Shown in pieces: positions 17,686-24,760 of a stretch of 32,000 nt of DNA (the stretch's first letter is position 1; every line of letters starts with the position of its first letter). Under the pieces are notes generated by a model. That model did no database searches and was not told the DNA's origin. It saw only the letters and a list, made by a program, of their open reading frames with translations. The DNA lies in assembly GCA_963675915.1 (NCBI GenBank), contig OY780959.1, forward strand, positions 2,190,001-2,222,000, given 5' to 3'. The DNA is from Coprobacillaceae bacterium. Lineage in GTDB: Bacteria; Bacillota_I; Bacilli_A; Erysipelotrichales; Coprobacillaceae. The translations under genes were made by a program, and so were the position numbers.

Positions 17686-18942
17686 ATGGATAATATTAAC
17701 AAGCTTATGGATAAAGCCATGAGGATAATCGAAGAAAAAGGCATATACAATATTGTCGGGGACGACAGCCATATTGAAGCTGACTGTGAAGATGGTGAAG
17801 TGCTTTATCATCTCGTTTTGGATGGTCATGTCGGAAACCTTGATGACATCATTTGCGATTGCGGTAAGAAAGTCTGCGCACATAGACTGGCATTCGTGCT
17901 GGAATTGAACCGCAAGATGGAAAACTCCAAAGTTATGATGCTGGAAAATGCTTTCAATGGAGCTCTGTCCGAAGAAGGTCTTAAGGATTTCGTCGAACTG
18001 GCAATAAATTATAATGAGGATCTGTATCACTATTTTCTGGACATGATTCTATTTGAAGAGTCTGGCGGGATCGAATTCTCCGGTGACGAGGAATATGAGA
18101 AAATCGATATGATTTTCCACAAGTATTCGCAAACCGGATTTGTGTTCCAGAAGAACTATAATGTCTTGGCTGCGGAAATTCTCGAAGAATCAAAAAATTA
18201 CCTTGAGTACCCGGAGCATCTTGATGAACTGCTGGTATATATTCTCAAGCTGATTGCCCAGTATCAATATGACAAGACCAATGAGTTCTATCCGACGATT
18301 CTTCCGGTTCTTCAGGAAATTGCGGACTTGGCTGGTTCCAATGGAAAACAAAAGAGCAAACTTCTTGATTCGCTTACCGAGCTGCTTGGCCAACCCAATA
18401 TTATCATGGTTGAGGCTTTGATCTATGATTTGCTGCTCGACATAGTTGCTGCCAAAACACAGGCTCGGGCGGTCTACAATATCATCAAACCACGGGTAAG
18501 CAGTATCGCGGAAATAATTACCGACAATGCCGACCTGGGCGAACCGCAAGACTTAATCTTTCTTAGGGCGGCCCTGAATCGGATCAATTTGCATACCAGA
18601 ACAATCCTGGGTATGTCAGATCGGAACACTTTCAAGGATTTTTTCAAACTCTGCCCACGCAAATATCTGTACAACGGAGTGGCCACTCTGGTTAATTACT
18701 ACGCCCTTGCTGCTCAAGAGGAATCCCTTGATGAATTGGTTGACTATCTTTTCAGTGGCAAACTGGAAATAATGGAGGAATTCGAAGTGGCCAAAGAGGT
18801 TGTTTTAAGCCTGATTAACTCAATCAATGAGAATCTTTATTATGACAATGAATACTACATTTCGAAGATTGTCGAGAAGATTGTCGCGCTATATGCCCAA
18901 ACTGTCAGTTTCAAGCTGCTTTGGGAATTGAATTTGCTTTAG
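17686..18942 (+). CDS. hypothetical protein with an N-terminal SWIM-like CxCx4CxH motif and a helical C-terminal region
   Basis: IICDCGKKVCAHRLAF at about residues 55-70. The rest is Leu/Glu-rich and looks alpha-helical. RBS GAGGTG 6 nt upstream of the ATG. Confidence 0.65.
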   Translation: MDNINKLMDKAMRIIEEKGIYNIVGDDSHIEADCEDGEVLYHLVLDGHVGNLDDIICDCGKKVCAHRLAFVLELNRKMENSKVMMLENAFNGALSEEGLKDFVELAINYNEDLYHYFLDMILFEESGGIEFSGDEEYEKIDMIFHKYSQTGFVFQKNYNVLAAEILEESKNYLEYPEHLDELLVYILKLIAQYQYDKTNEFYPTILPVLQEIADLAGSNGKQKSKLLDSLTELLGQPNIIMVEALIYDLLLDIVAAKTQARAVYNIIKPRVSSIAEIITDNADLGEPQDLIFLRAALNRINLHTRTILGMSDRNTFKDFFKLCPRKYLYNGVATLVNYYALAAQEESLDELVDYLFSGKLEIMEEFEVAKEVVLSLINSINENLYYDNEYYISKIVEKIVALYAQTVSFKLLWELNLL

Positions 18943-19109
18943 AAATGATAACTTAAATTAATTGAGTTCACTGATTTTTAGGAATCCGGTAAAAAACTCG
19001 GATGGATTTGTAATTTATGACAATAATCGTGAAAAAAATCCAAAATCATTTGATTTTTCGTACAATATGGATATACTTATAATGTTATTGTAAATCGTAG
19101 GAGGTACTT

Positions 19110-19592
19110 ATGGAAAATATTGAGATAATTATTGAAATGGAAAACGGAGATGTTATGGCGGGAGAACTATATCCTCAACATGCTCCAATCACTGTAGAAA
19201 ACTTTTTGAAACTAATTGATGAGGATTTCTTTGCCGGTCTGATTTTTCACCGGGTAATCAAAGGCTTCATGATCCAAGGTGGCGGATATGACAAGGATTT
19301 CAACCACAAAGATGCCAGCAGCATCAAAGGTGAATTTGCGTCTAATGGAGTTGAGAACAATCTGATTCATACCAAAGGAGTTTTGTCGATGGCGCGAACT
19401 GCTTATAAGGATTCGGCTTCATCACAATTCTTTGTCATGCACGATAATGCACCTCATTTGGATGGTGAGTACGCAGCTTTCGGTAAAATTACAGAAGGGT
19501 TGGATGTGATTGACAAAATCGCATCAGTAAAAACAAACTTCCAAGATGCACCACTACAACCGGTTATAATAAAAACAATCAGAAGAAAATAA
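19110..19592 (+). CDS. ppiB: cyclophilin-type peptidyl-prolyl cis-trans isomerase
   Basis: FHRVIKGFMIQGGG, SMAR....DSASSQFF and FGKI.EG motifs. RBS AGGAGG. Confidence 0.92.
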   Translation: MENIEIIIEMENGDVMAGELYPQHAPITVENFLKLIDEDFFAGLIFHRVIKGFMIQGGGYDKDFNHKDASSIKGEFASNGVENNLIHTKGVLSMARTAYKDSASSQFFVMHDNAPHLDGEYAAFGKITEGLDVIDKIASVKTNFQDAPLQPVIIKTIRRK

Positions 19593-19629
19593 TTTGTAGT
19601 TAAAGTGTTATTTTTAGGAGGTAGTATTA

Positions 19630-20235
19630 ATGAGTTTTGATCCCAAAAAACAATATAAGACTCAATATACCGCAAATACCAAACGAGTGGATGTCGTTGA
19701 AGTTCCCACTCAAAATTATATTATGGTTGATGGCATCGGTAATCCTACCAACGAGGAATTCCGATTGAAAAGCGAAATATTGAGATTGGTGTCCCGGGAA
19801 ATCAAGAAGCAGATGGCCCAACAAGGTGTTGAAATCGGTTATGGTTATCTGGAGGGTCTGTGGGATACATATGATAATGAACATTTTGACGTTCAAAGGA
19901 AAACGGATATCCGCTTTACCTTGATGATGTGTCAGAGTCCTGAAGTCAATGATGAGCTTTTGGACAAGGTAAAGGGAGCGTTGATCGATGCGACCGCGAA
20001 TCCTTACTTGTTAGATGTCTATGTTAAAGAAATCCCGTCGAGTACGGTGGTTCAGATGCTCCACAAGGGGACCTACAACAGTGAGATCAACACAACTAAA
20101 AAAATCATGGAGTATATCACCGTGGAAAACATCAAACTATCGGGGATGCATCATGAAATATATTTGAACAGTCCCAAAAGGGTAAAACCTGAAGGGCTGA
20201 AAACCATTGTCAGATACGAAATCGAAAAAATGTAG
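19630..20235 (+). CDS. GyrI-like small-molecule-binding domain protein
   Basis: The N-terminal pattern FDPKKQYK..Y......VDVVEVP.QNYIMVDG.GNP, about 200 aa in length, matches my recollection of the GyrI-like/effector-binding family. RBS AGGAGG. Confidence 0.6.
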   Translation: MSFDPKKQYKTQYTANTKRVDVVEVPTQNYIMVDGIGNPTNEEFRLKSEILRLVSREIKKQMAQQGVEIGYGYLEGLWDTYDNEHFDVQRKTDIRFTLMMCQSPEVNDELLDKVKGALIDATANPYLLDVYVKEIPSSTVVQMLHKGTYNSEINTTKKIMEYITVENIKLSGMHHEIYLNSPKRVKPEGLKTIVRYEIEKM

Positions 20236-20254
20236 TGCTTGAGAGGTGAGATGT

Positions 20255-20800
20255 ATGAAAATCATGTTCATTAGTGATATTCACGGATCGGTAAAATATG
20301 CTAAAAAGGCTGTGAAGAAATTCCAGGAATTGGAATGCGACCTTTTGGTCATCCTGGGAGATATCCTTTATCACGGCCCTCGAAACAATTTGCCTGAAGA
20401 ATATGACTGCAAAGGCGTAATCGAGGTGCTTAACAATCATAAGGCCAAAATTGTGGCAGTCCGCGGAAACTGCGACAGCGAAGTCGACCAGATGGTTCTG
20501 GATTTTCCAATCAGAAGTGATTTCAACATTCTCCATGTCGATGGTCACAAGTTCTTTTTGACACATGGACATCTTTTTAATGAAGACAATCTGCCACCGC
20601 TAGAAGCCGGCGATATTTTTGCATTCGGTCATATTCACAAACCGGTGTGTAAGAAGAATGATGACGGGATTTATTTAATCAATCCGTCCTCGATATCGCT
20701 CCCGAAAAAAGGAACCAATAGTTTCGGTGTCTATGAGAATGATAAGTTTGAAATATATACATTCAAGAATGAACTGGTAAAGGAGATTAGTTTTGACTAA
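20255..20800 (+). CDS. YfcE/MJ0936-family metallophosphoesterase
   Basis: ISDIHGS, ILGDILYHGPRN, VRGNCD, THGH and GHIH metal-ligand motifs. ATG 20255 follows GAGAGGTGAG. Confidence 0.85.
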   Translation: MKIMFISDIHGSVKYAKKAVKKFQELECDLLVILGDILYHGPRNNLPEEYDCKGVIEVLNNHKAKIVAVRGNCDSEVDQMVLDFPIRSDFNILHVDGHKFFLTHGHLFNEDNLPPLEAGDIFAFGHIHKPVCKKNDDGIYLINPSSISLPKKGTNSFGVYENDKFEIYTFKNELVKEISFD

Positions 20801-21045
20801 TCTCTTTTTATATGTTACGTTGTTTTAACGGCCGTTGGCAACGGATTGAATAGCAGGGTTGAATTGGATATTTAGTGATATTGGGGACTTTTAATTTTCG
20901 GTGAGATATGCTATATTGAATTGGATTTGTAGAAACACTGCTGCCTGAATTTTTTGCGGCTTGATTATTAAAAAAATAATAACTGTTGGCATAGGAGATT
21001 TCCCTAGTGGGTTATCTCCTTTTAAATAGTCCGTGCATTTGCATT

Positions 21046-21059
21046 AAAAGTATGGTATC
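21046..21059. promoter_or_regulatory. candidate operator motif AAAAGTATGGTATC, 21 nt upstream of the first GntR start codon
   Basis: Near-identical to two copies at 22591-22624, differing at 2 of 14 positions from AAAAGTACGGTATT. Confidence 0.4.
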
Positions 21060-21080
21060 TTTAACCAAAGGAGGCTTTTT

Positions 21081-21785
21081 ATGGTCAAGTATATTGAGAT
21101 AGCGGATGATATCCGCAGAAAAATTAATAATAACGAATATTCCCATGGGCAAAAGCTGCCCTATGAATATGTACTCTGCGCCAATTACCGCTGCAATAAA
21201 ACCACTATGAAAAAAGCTCTTGAGATTCTGGTTAAAGAAGGGCTGATTGTTAGAAGAAGGGGCGCGGGTACCTTTGTCAAGGAACAGGATACTCTGACCC
21301 AGTCAGCAGCCCAGGCATCAAGCCATGGATTGACCCATACTTATCCAAATGCAAAGGTGACTTCTAAGATTATTGAATTTGAAGTGATCGCGGCTGACGC
21401 AATCCTGGCTCATCATCTTCATATCGAAGAGGGGAGTTTTGTCTACCATATAATCCGTCATCGTTTAATTGACGGGAAATCACATTCGCTGGAATACACT
21501 TTCATCCCGATATCGATTATTCCCAATCTCAAAGCAGGCAATCTTGAAGGAAGCGTCTACGATTATATTGAAAACGATTTGAATCTGAAGATTCATGGTG
21601 TTCACAAAATCATGCATACCGTCGAGTCAGGCTCGCTTGACCGGGGTATTTTAGGAATCAAGAAAGGTCATCCGGCCATTGAAATCGAGCAGGTTGGTTA
21701 TCTGAGTTCGGGAGTGATCTTCGAATATTCACTTTCACGATATGATTACAAAGATTTCCAGACCAGTTTTGTAACAGTATTATAA
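21081..21785 (+). CDS. GntR family (HutC subfamily, UTRA effector domain) transcriptional regulator, copy 1
   Basis: N-terminal wHTH (GQKLPYE..MKKALEILVKEGLIVRRRGAGTFVK) and a C-terminal UTRA-like domain (FVYHIIR.R..,IEQVGYLSSGVIFEYSLSR). RBS AAGGAGG. Confidence 0.88.
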   Translation: MVKYIEIADDIRRKINNNEYSHGQKLPYEYVLCANYRCNKTTMKKALEILVKEGLIVRRRGAGTFVKEQDTLTQSAAQASSHGLTHTYPNAKVTSKIIEFEVIAADAILAHHLHIEEGSFVYHIIRHRLIDGKSHSLEYTFIPISIIPNLKAGNLEGSVYDYIENDLNLKIHGVHKIMHTVESGSLDRGILGIKKGHPAIEIEQVGYLSSGVIFEYSLSRYDYKDFQTSFVTVL

Positions 21786-21795
21786 GGGGGAACTT

Positions 21796-22506
21796 ATGGC
21801 TAAGTATAAAGATATTGCCGATACGATTCGCGAAAAGATATTAATAGGTGAGTACAAGTACGGACAAAAGCTTCCTTATGAGAGAATCCTCTGTGTCAGT
21901 TACAACTGCAACAAGGAAACGATGAAGCGGGCGCTTTCAATCCTTGTTGATGAAGGGCTGATTGTCAGAAGAAGAGGATCGGGTACTTTTGTCAAAGACT
22001 ATGATGCCCAAGAGGCGCACAAAGATTTTGAGACGGTCCACCAAAACAGTTTTTCCAAACGTCATGGCATCGAGAATGTCCAGACTGAAGTGATATCATT
22101 TAATGTAGTACATGCCTCAAAAGAGGTTTCCGACCGGCTCCAGGTCAACGAAGGCGACTTTGTCTACCATCTTATCAGGATCCGCAGTCTTCACAATGTT
22201 CCAAAGACAGTAGAGATCACTTATATGCCGCTTAGCATCTTCCCGAATTTGACAGCGAGCGATGTAAGCGGGTCTCTTTATAGTTATATCGATGAAAAGA
22301 TGGGGTTGAAAGTCCAGTCGGGGCATAAACTGATCACATCACTGCTTTCCACCCCTTTGGAACAGGAATATCTGAATGTTGCCAAAGGATATCCGGTAAT
22401 CCAGATCGAACAGGTTGCTTATCTTGATAGCGGAGTTATCTTCGAATACTCGATTTCGCGCCAAGTTTGCGAAGGATTTGAGCTTTCAACGGTCGAAATA
22501 TTCTAA
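21796..22506 (+). CDS. GntR family (HutC subfamily) transcriptional regulator, copy 2 (tandem paralogue)
   Basis: Collinear with copy 1 over its full length (GQKLPYE, EGLIVRRRGSGTFVK, FVYHLIRIR, IEQVAYLDSGVIFEYSISR). RBS AAGGGGGA. 10-nt gap after copy 1. Confidence 0.88.
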   Translation: MAKYKDIADTIREKILIGEYKYGQKLPYERILCVSYNCNKETMKRALSILVDEGLIVRRRGSGTFVKDYDAQEAHKDFETVHQNSFSKRHGIENVQTEVISFNVVHASKEVSDRLQVNEGDFVYHLIRIRSLHNVPKTVEITYMPLSIFPNLTASDVSGSLYSYIDEKMGLKVQSGHKLITSLLSTPLEQEYLNVAKGYPVIQIEQVAYLDSGVIFEYSISRQVCEGFELSTVEIF

Positions 22507-22550
22507 TTATGAACTGAAAATTAACTTTTTCATTTCTTGAAAAAATGTAA

Positions 22551-22587
22551 GCGCATACCAAAACCCTTGATTTTATGCGGTTTTTTT
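22551..22587 (+). terminator. possible terminator after the GntR pair
   Basis: CGCATA (22551-22556) pairs with TATGCG (22574-22579), with extra A/T pairs, then GTTTTTTT. Confidence 0.4.
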
Positions 22588-22590
22588 GGA

Positions 22591-22624
22591 AAAAGACGGG
22601 TATTCAAAACAAAAGTACGGTATT
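22591..22624. promoter_or_regulatory. two direct copies of the AAAAG(T)ACGG(G)TATT motif upstream of the EIIC promoter
   Basis: AAAAGACGGGTATT (22591-22604) and AAAAGTACGGTATT (22611-22624) start 20 nt apart. The second ends 17 nt before the -35 hexamer. Confidence 0.4.
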
Positions 22625-22641
22625 TTTATCCTGATAAGTCG

Positions 22642-22670
22642 TTGACTTTTCTCCAAAAAGATTCTATACT
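22642..22670 (+). promoter_or_regulatory. sigma-70-type promoter for the PTS EIIC gene
   Basis: TTGACT (22642-22647), 17-nt spacer, TATACT (22665-22670). Confidence 0.6.
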
Positions 22671-22703
22671 TAACTTGTCGAAATATTTAAGGGAGGAAAA
22701 AAT

Positions 22704-24017
22704 ATGGACAAATTGGCGGATGTCCTTGGCCGTGTTGGTGCATGGGCAGGACAAAACAAAATTTTATCATCGATCAAAAACTCATTCCAAACATTTATGC
22801 CTTTAACTATCGCAGGTGCGGTTGGGTTACTTTGGTCAAACGTATTAGTAAATGCTAACACAGGTTTAGGAGCATTCTTTTCACCTATCATGGCATTGGA
22901 TTTCTTGAATCCAGCATTTAGTGCAGTGTTTAATGCAACAATTAGTTGTATCACTATTGGGGTTACTTATGGTATCGCTCAAGAGTTCTGTGAAGCTTCA
23001 GGAGAAAAAGGTTGGTTCCCAGGATTAGTTGGTTTATCTGCATTCTTAGCAGTAACACCTAGATCATTCGAAGCAACTATCGATGGTGTGACTGGTATGG
23101 TTGGTGGATATGACACTGGATACTTCGGTGCAACAGGTCTTTTCACTGGTATCATCATGGCTTTAGTTTCAGCAGCAGTTTATGTTCAATTAAGAAAAAT
23201 GGATTCTTTAAAAGTTAAAATGCCTGAGCAAGTACCACCTGGTGTTGCTAAAGCATTCGAGGTTTTGGTTCCATCTATCTTAACAATGATCGTTGCAGCA
23301 TTAATCGGATTGGCTTCTGAAATGATTTTCAATTTACCAATCAATTCCGTAATCTTCAACTACGTTCAATCACCTATGATGAAAGTTGGTAGCTCATTAG
23401 GTGGGGTTATCGTTCTTTACATCGTAATCATGTTATTCTGGTTCGTAGGTATTCATGGTAACAACATGATGTCTGCAGTAAAAGAAACATTATTCACACC
23501 ATTAATCTTAGACAACGTTGAAAAATTCAACAACGGTGTTGATCCTTTATCTGATGAAATGAACATCTTCGCTTATGACTGGTTAAGAATGTTCGGGGAA
23601 TTCGGGGGATCTGGGGTTACTTTAGGTTTAGTAATCGCTATCTTCGTCTTCGGTAGACGTGATGACAACCGTGCAATCGCAGCGTTATCTGTAGTACCAG
23701 GAACTTTCAATATCAATGAAACTGTAACATTCGGTATTCCAATGGTATTGAACCCAATCTTAGGTATTCCATTTATTCTTGCTCCAGTATGTAACCTTAT
23801 CTTCGGTTATATCATTACTTCAATTGGATTCTGTCCAAAAGCAGTTATCGTTGTCCCTTGGACAACACCACCAGTTATTCAAGGTTTCCTTGCAACAGGT
23901 GCGAGCTGGCGTGGAGCTGTATCACAATTATTAGCGTTAGCATTATGTACAGTGGTTTATACACCATTCTTAGTTGCTTACGAAAAATATCAAAACAATC
24001 AAGCAGAACAAGCTTAA
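22704..24017 (+). CDS. PTS sugar transporter subunit IIC, lactose/cellobiose (Lac/Cel) family
   Basis: Polytopic membrane protein of 437 aa. Its N-terminal amphipathic segment followed by FMPLTIAGAVGLL, and the later GIHGNNM motif, are typical of CelB/LicC-type EIIC. RBS GGGAGG. High-expression codon style. Confidence 0.85.
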   Translation: MDKLADVLGRVGAWAGQNKILSSIKNSFQTFMPLTIAGAVGLLWSNVLVNANTGLGAFFSPIMALDFLNPAFSAVFNATISCITIGVTYGIAQEFCEASGEKGWFPGLVGLSAFLAVTPRSFEATIDGVTGMVGGYDTGYFGATGLFTGIIMALVSAAVYVQLRKMDSLKVKMPEQVPPGVAKAFEVLVPSILTMIVAALIGLASEMIFNLPINSVIFNYVQSPMMKVGSSLGGVIVLYIVIMLFWFVGIHGNNMMSAVKETLFTPLILDNVEKFNNGVDPLSDEMNIFAYDWLRMFGEFGGSGVTLGLVIAIFVFGRRDDNRAIAALSVVPGTFNINETVTFGIPMVLNPILGIPFILAPVCNLIFGYIITSIGFCPKAVIVVPWTTPPVIQGFLATGASWRGAVSQLLALALCTVVYTPFLVAYEKYQNNQAEQA

Positions 24018-24021
24018 TTTC

Positions 24022-24057
24022 AAAAAAGCGAAGGGCGATTTGTTCGCCCTTCTTTTA
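24022..24057 (+). terminator. intrinsic terminator after EIIC
   Basis: GAAGGGCGA (24030-24038), loop TTTGT, TCGCCCTTC (24044-24052), then TTTT. Confidence 0.75.
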
Positions 24058-24109
24058 ATTCAATTAAATATATGATATATTTAATTGAATTAAAAGAAAG
24101 GAGTTAGTC

Positions 24110-24619
24110 ATGAAGGACAAAGAGTTTAAAGTCAGAAGAAATCCGGCGGTTTTATATTTTGAGGTAATGTACTTTCTGCTGATTATATACAGGATTTTTA
24201 TTAGGGATTTGGATGGTATTGTAGTCATAATAGTATTCGGAATTGTGATTTTCGCATTTATCGAACTGTTCAGACCATATAAATATGTTATCCATCGTAG
24301 AAACATTATCGAGAAACGCCGTCTTGCGAGAGATCGTGAATACAATATCATGAGAATCAATACGATAACTGATCCGATTGTTAGTTTGAAGAACATTGTT
24401 GTCAATCCAAGAACGATCGAAATTTATTTCGAAGACAACAAACGTAAAGCCCTTTCTCTGGTTGATCCGGTGGAGTTTGTTGCGGCATGTTTATTTGCCA
24501 ATAAACGGATTCACTGCAATGTCAAAGCTTATAATGAAGTTGCTCGAAAATTCGAAAAACGTAACCGTAAGCAAGAAGAAAAAATGCGTAAACATGGATA
24601 TAAAATGGATGATGAATAA
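24110..24619 (+). CDS. hypothetical membrane protein (2 TM segments plus a basic C-terminal tail)
   Basis: Hydrophobic hairpin VLYFEVMYFLLIIY / IVVIIVFGIVIFAFI, then a soluble domain and a Lys/Arg-rich tail. RBS AAGGAG. Confidence 0.65.
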   Translation: MKDKEFKVRRNPAVLYFEVMYFLLIIYRIFIRDLDGIVVIIVFGIVIFAFIELFRPYKYVIHRRNIIEKRRLARDREYNIMRINTITDPIVSLKNIVVNPRTIEIYFEDNKRKALSLVDPVEFVAACLFANKRIHCNVKAYNEVARKFEKRNRKQEEKMRKHGYKMDDE

Positions 24620-24633
24620 TCATCCGTTTTTTT
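24607..24633 (+). terminator. intrinsic terminator
   Basis: GGATGAT (24607-24613), loop GAATA, ATCATCC (24619-24625), then GTTTTTTT. The hairpin contains the stop codon. Confidence 0.65.
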
Positions 24634-24698
24634 GTTACCAAGAACAATTTACACGTTGTAAAAAAATTATTATCTTTAAGTAAATTTATTAATCTCCA

Positions 24699-24735
24699 TT
24701 GACAAACAGGTACTAATATTGTATATTGTATACAA
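24699..24735 (+). promoter_or_regulatory. strong sigma-70-type glnN promoter with an overlapping 10-bp perfect palindrome
   Basis: TTGACA (24699-24704), 17-nt spacer, TATATT (24722-24727). TTGTATACAA (24726-24735) is a perfect palindrome overlapping the -10 and the expected start site. A larger repeat, TGTATA-TTG-TATACA, spans 24720-24734. Confidence 0.6.
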
Positions 24736-24760
24736 CAAATTAAGTTCAGGAGGCAAGCAA

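Noticed and set aside
22545-22558. A cre-like (CcpA) site, TGTAAGCGCATACC, between the GntR pair and the EIIC promoter.
   Set aside because: It has two mismatches to TGWAANCGNTNWCA, lies more than 80 nt upstream of the -35, and overlaps a terminator-like hairpin arm. It is worth a motif scan but is not strong enough to call.
24699-24760. A GlnR/TnrA box upstream of glnN.
   Set aside because: No TGTNA-N7-TNACA match by eye. The palindrome present has 6-3-6 / 10-bp geometry instead.
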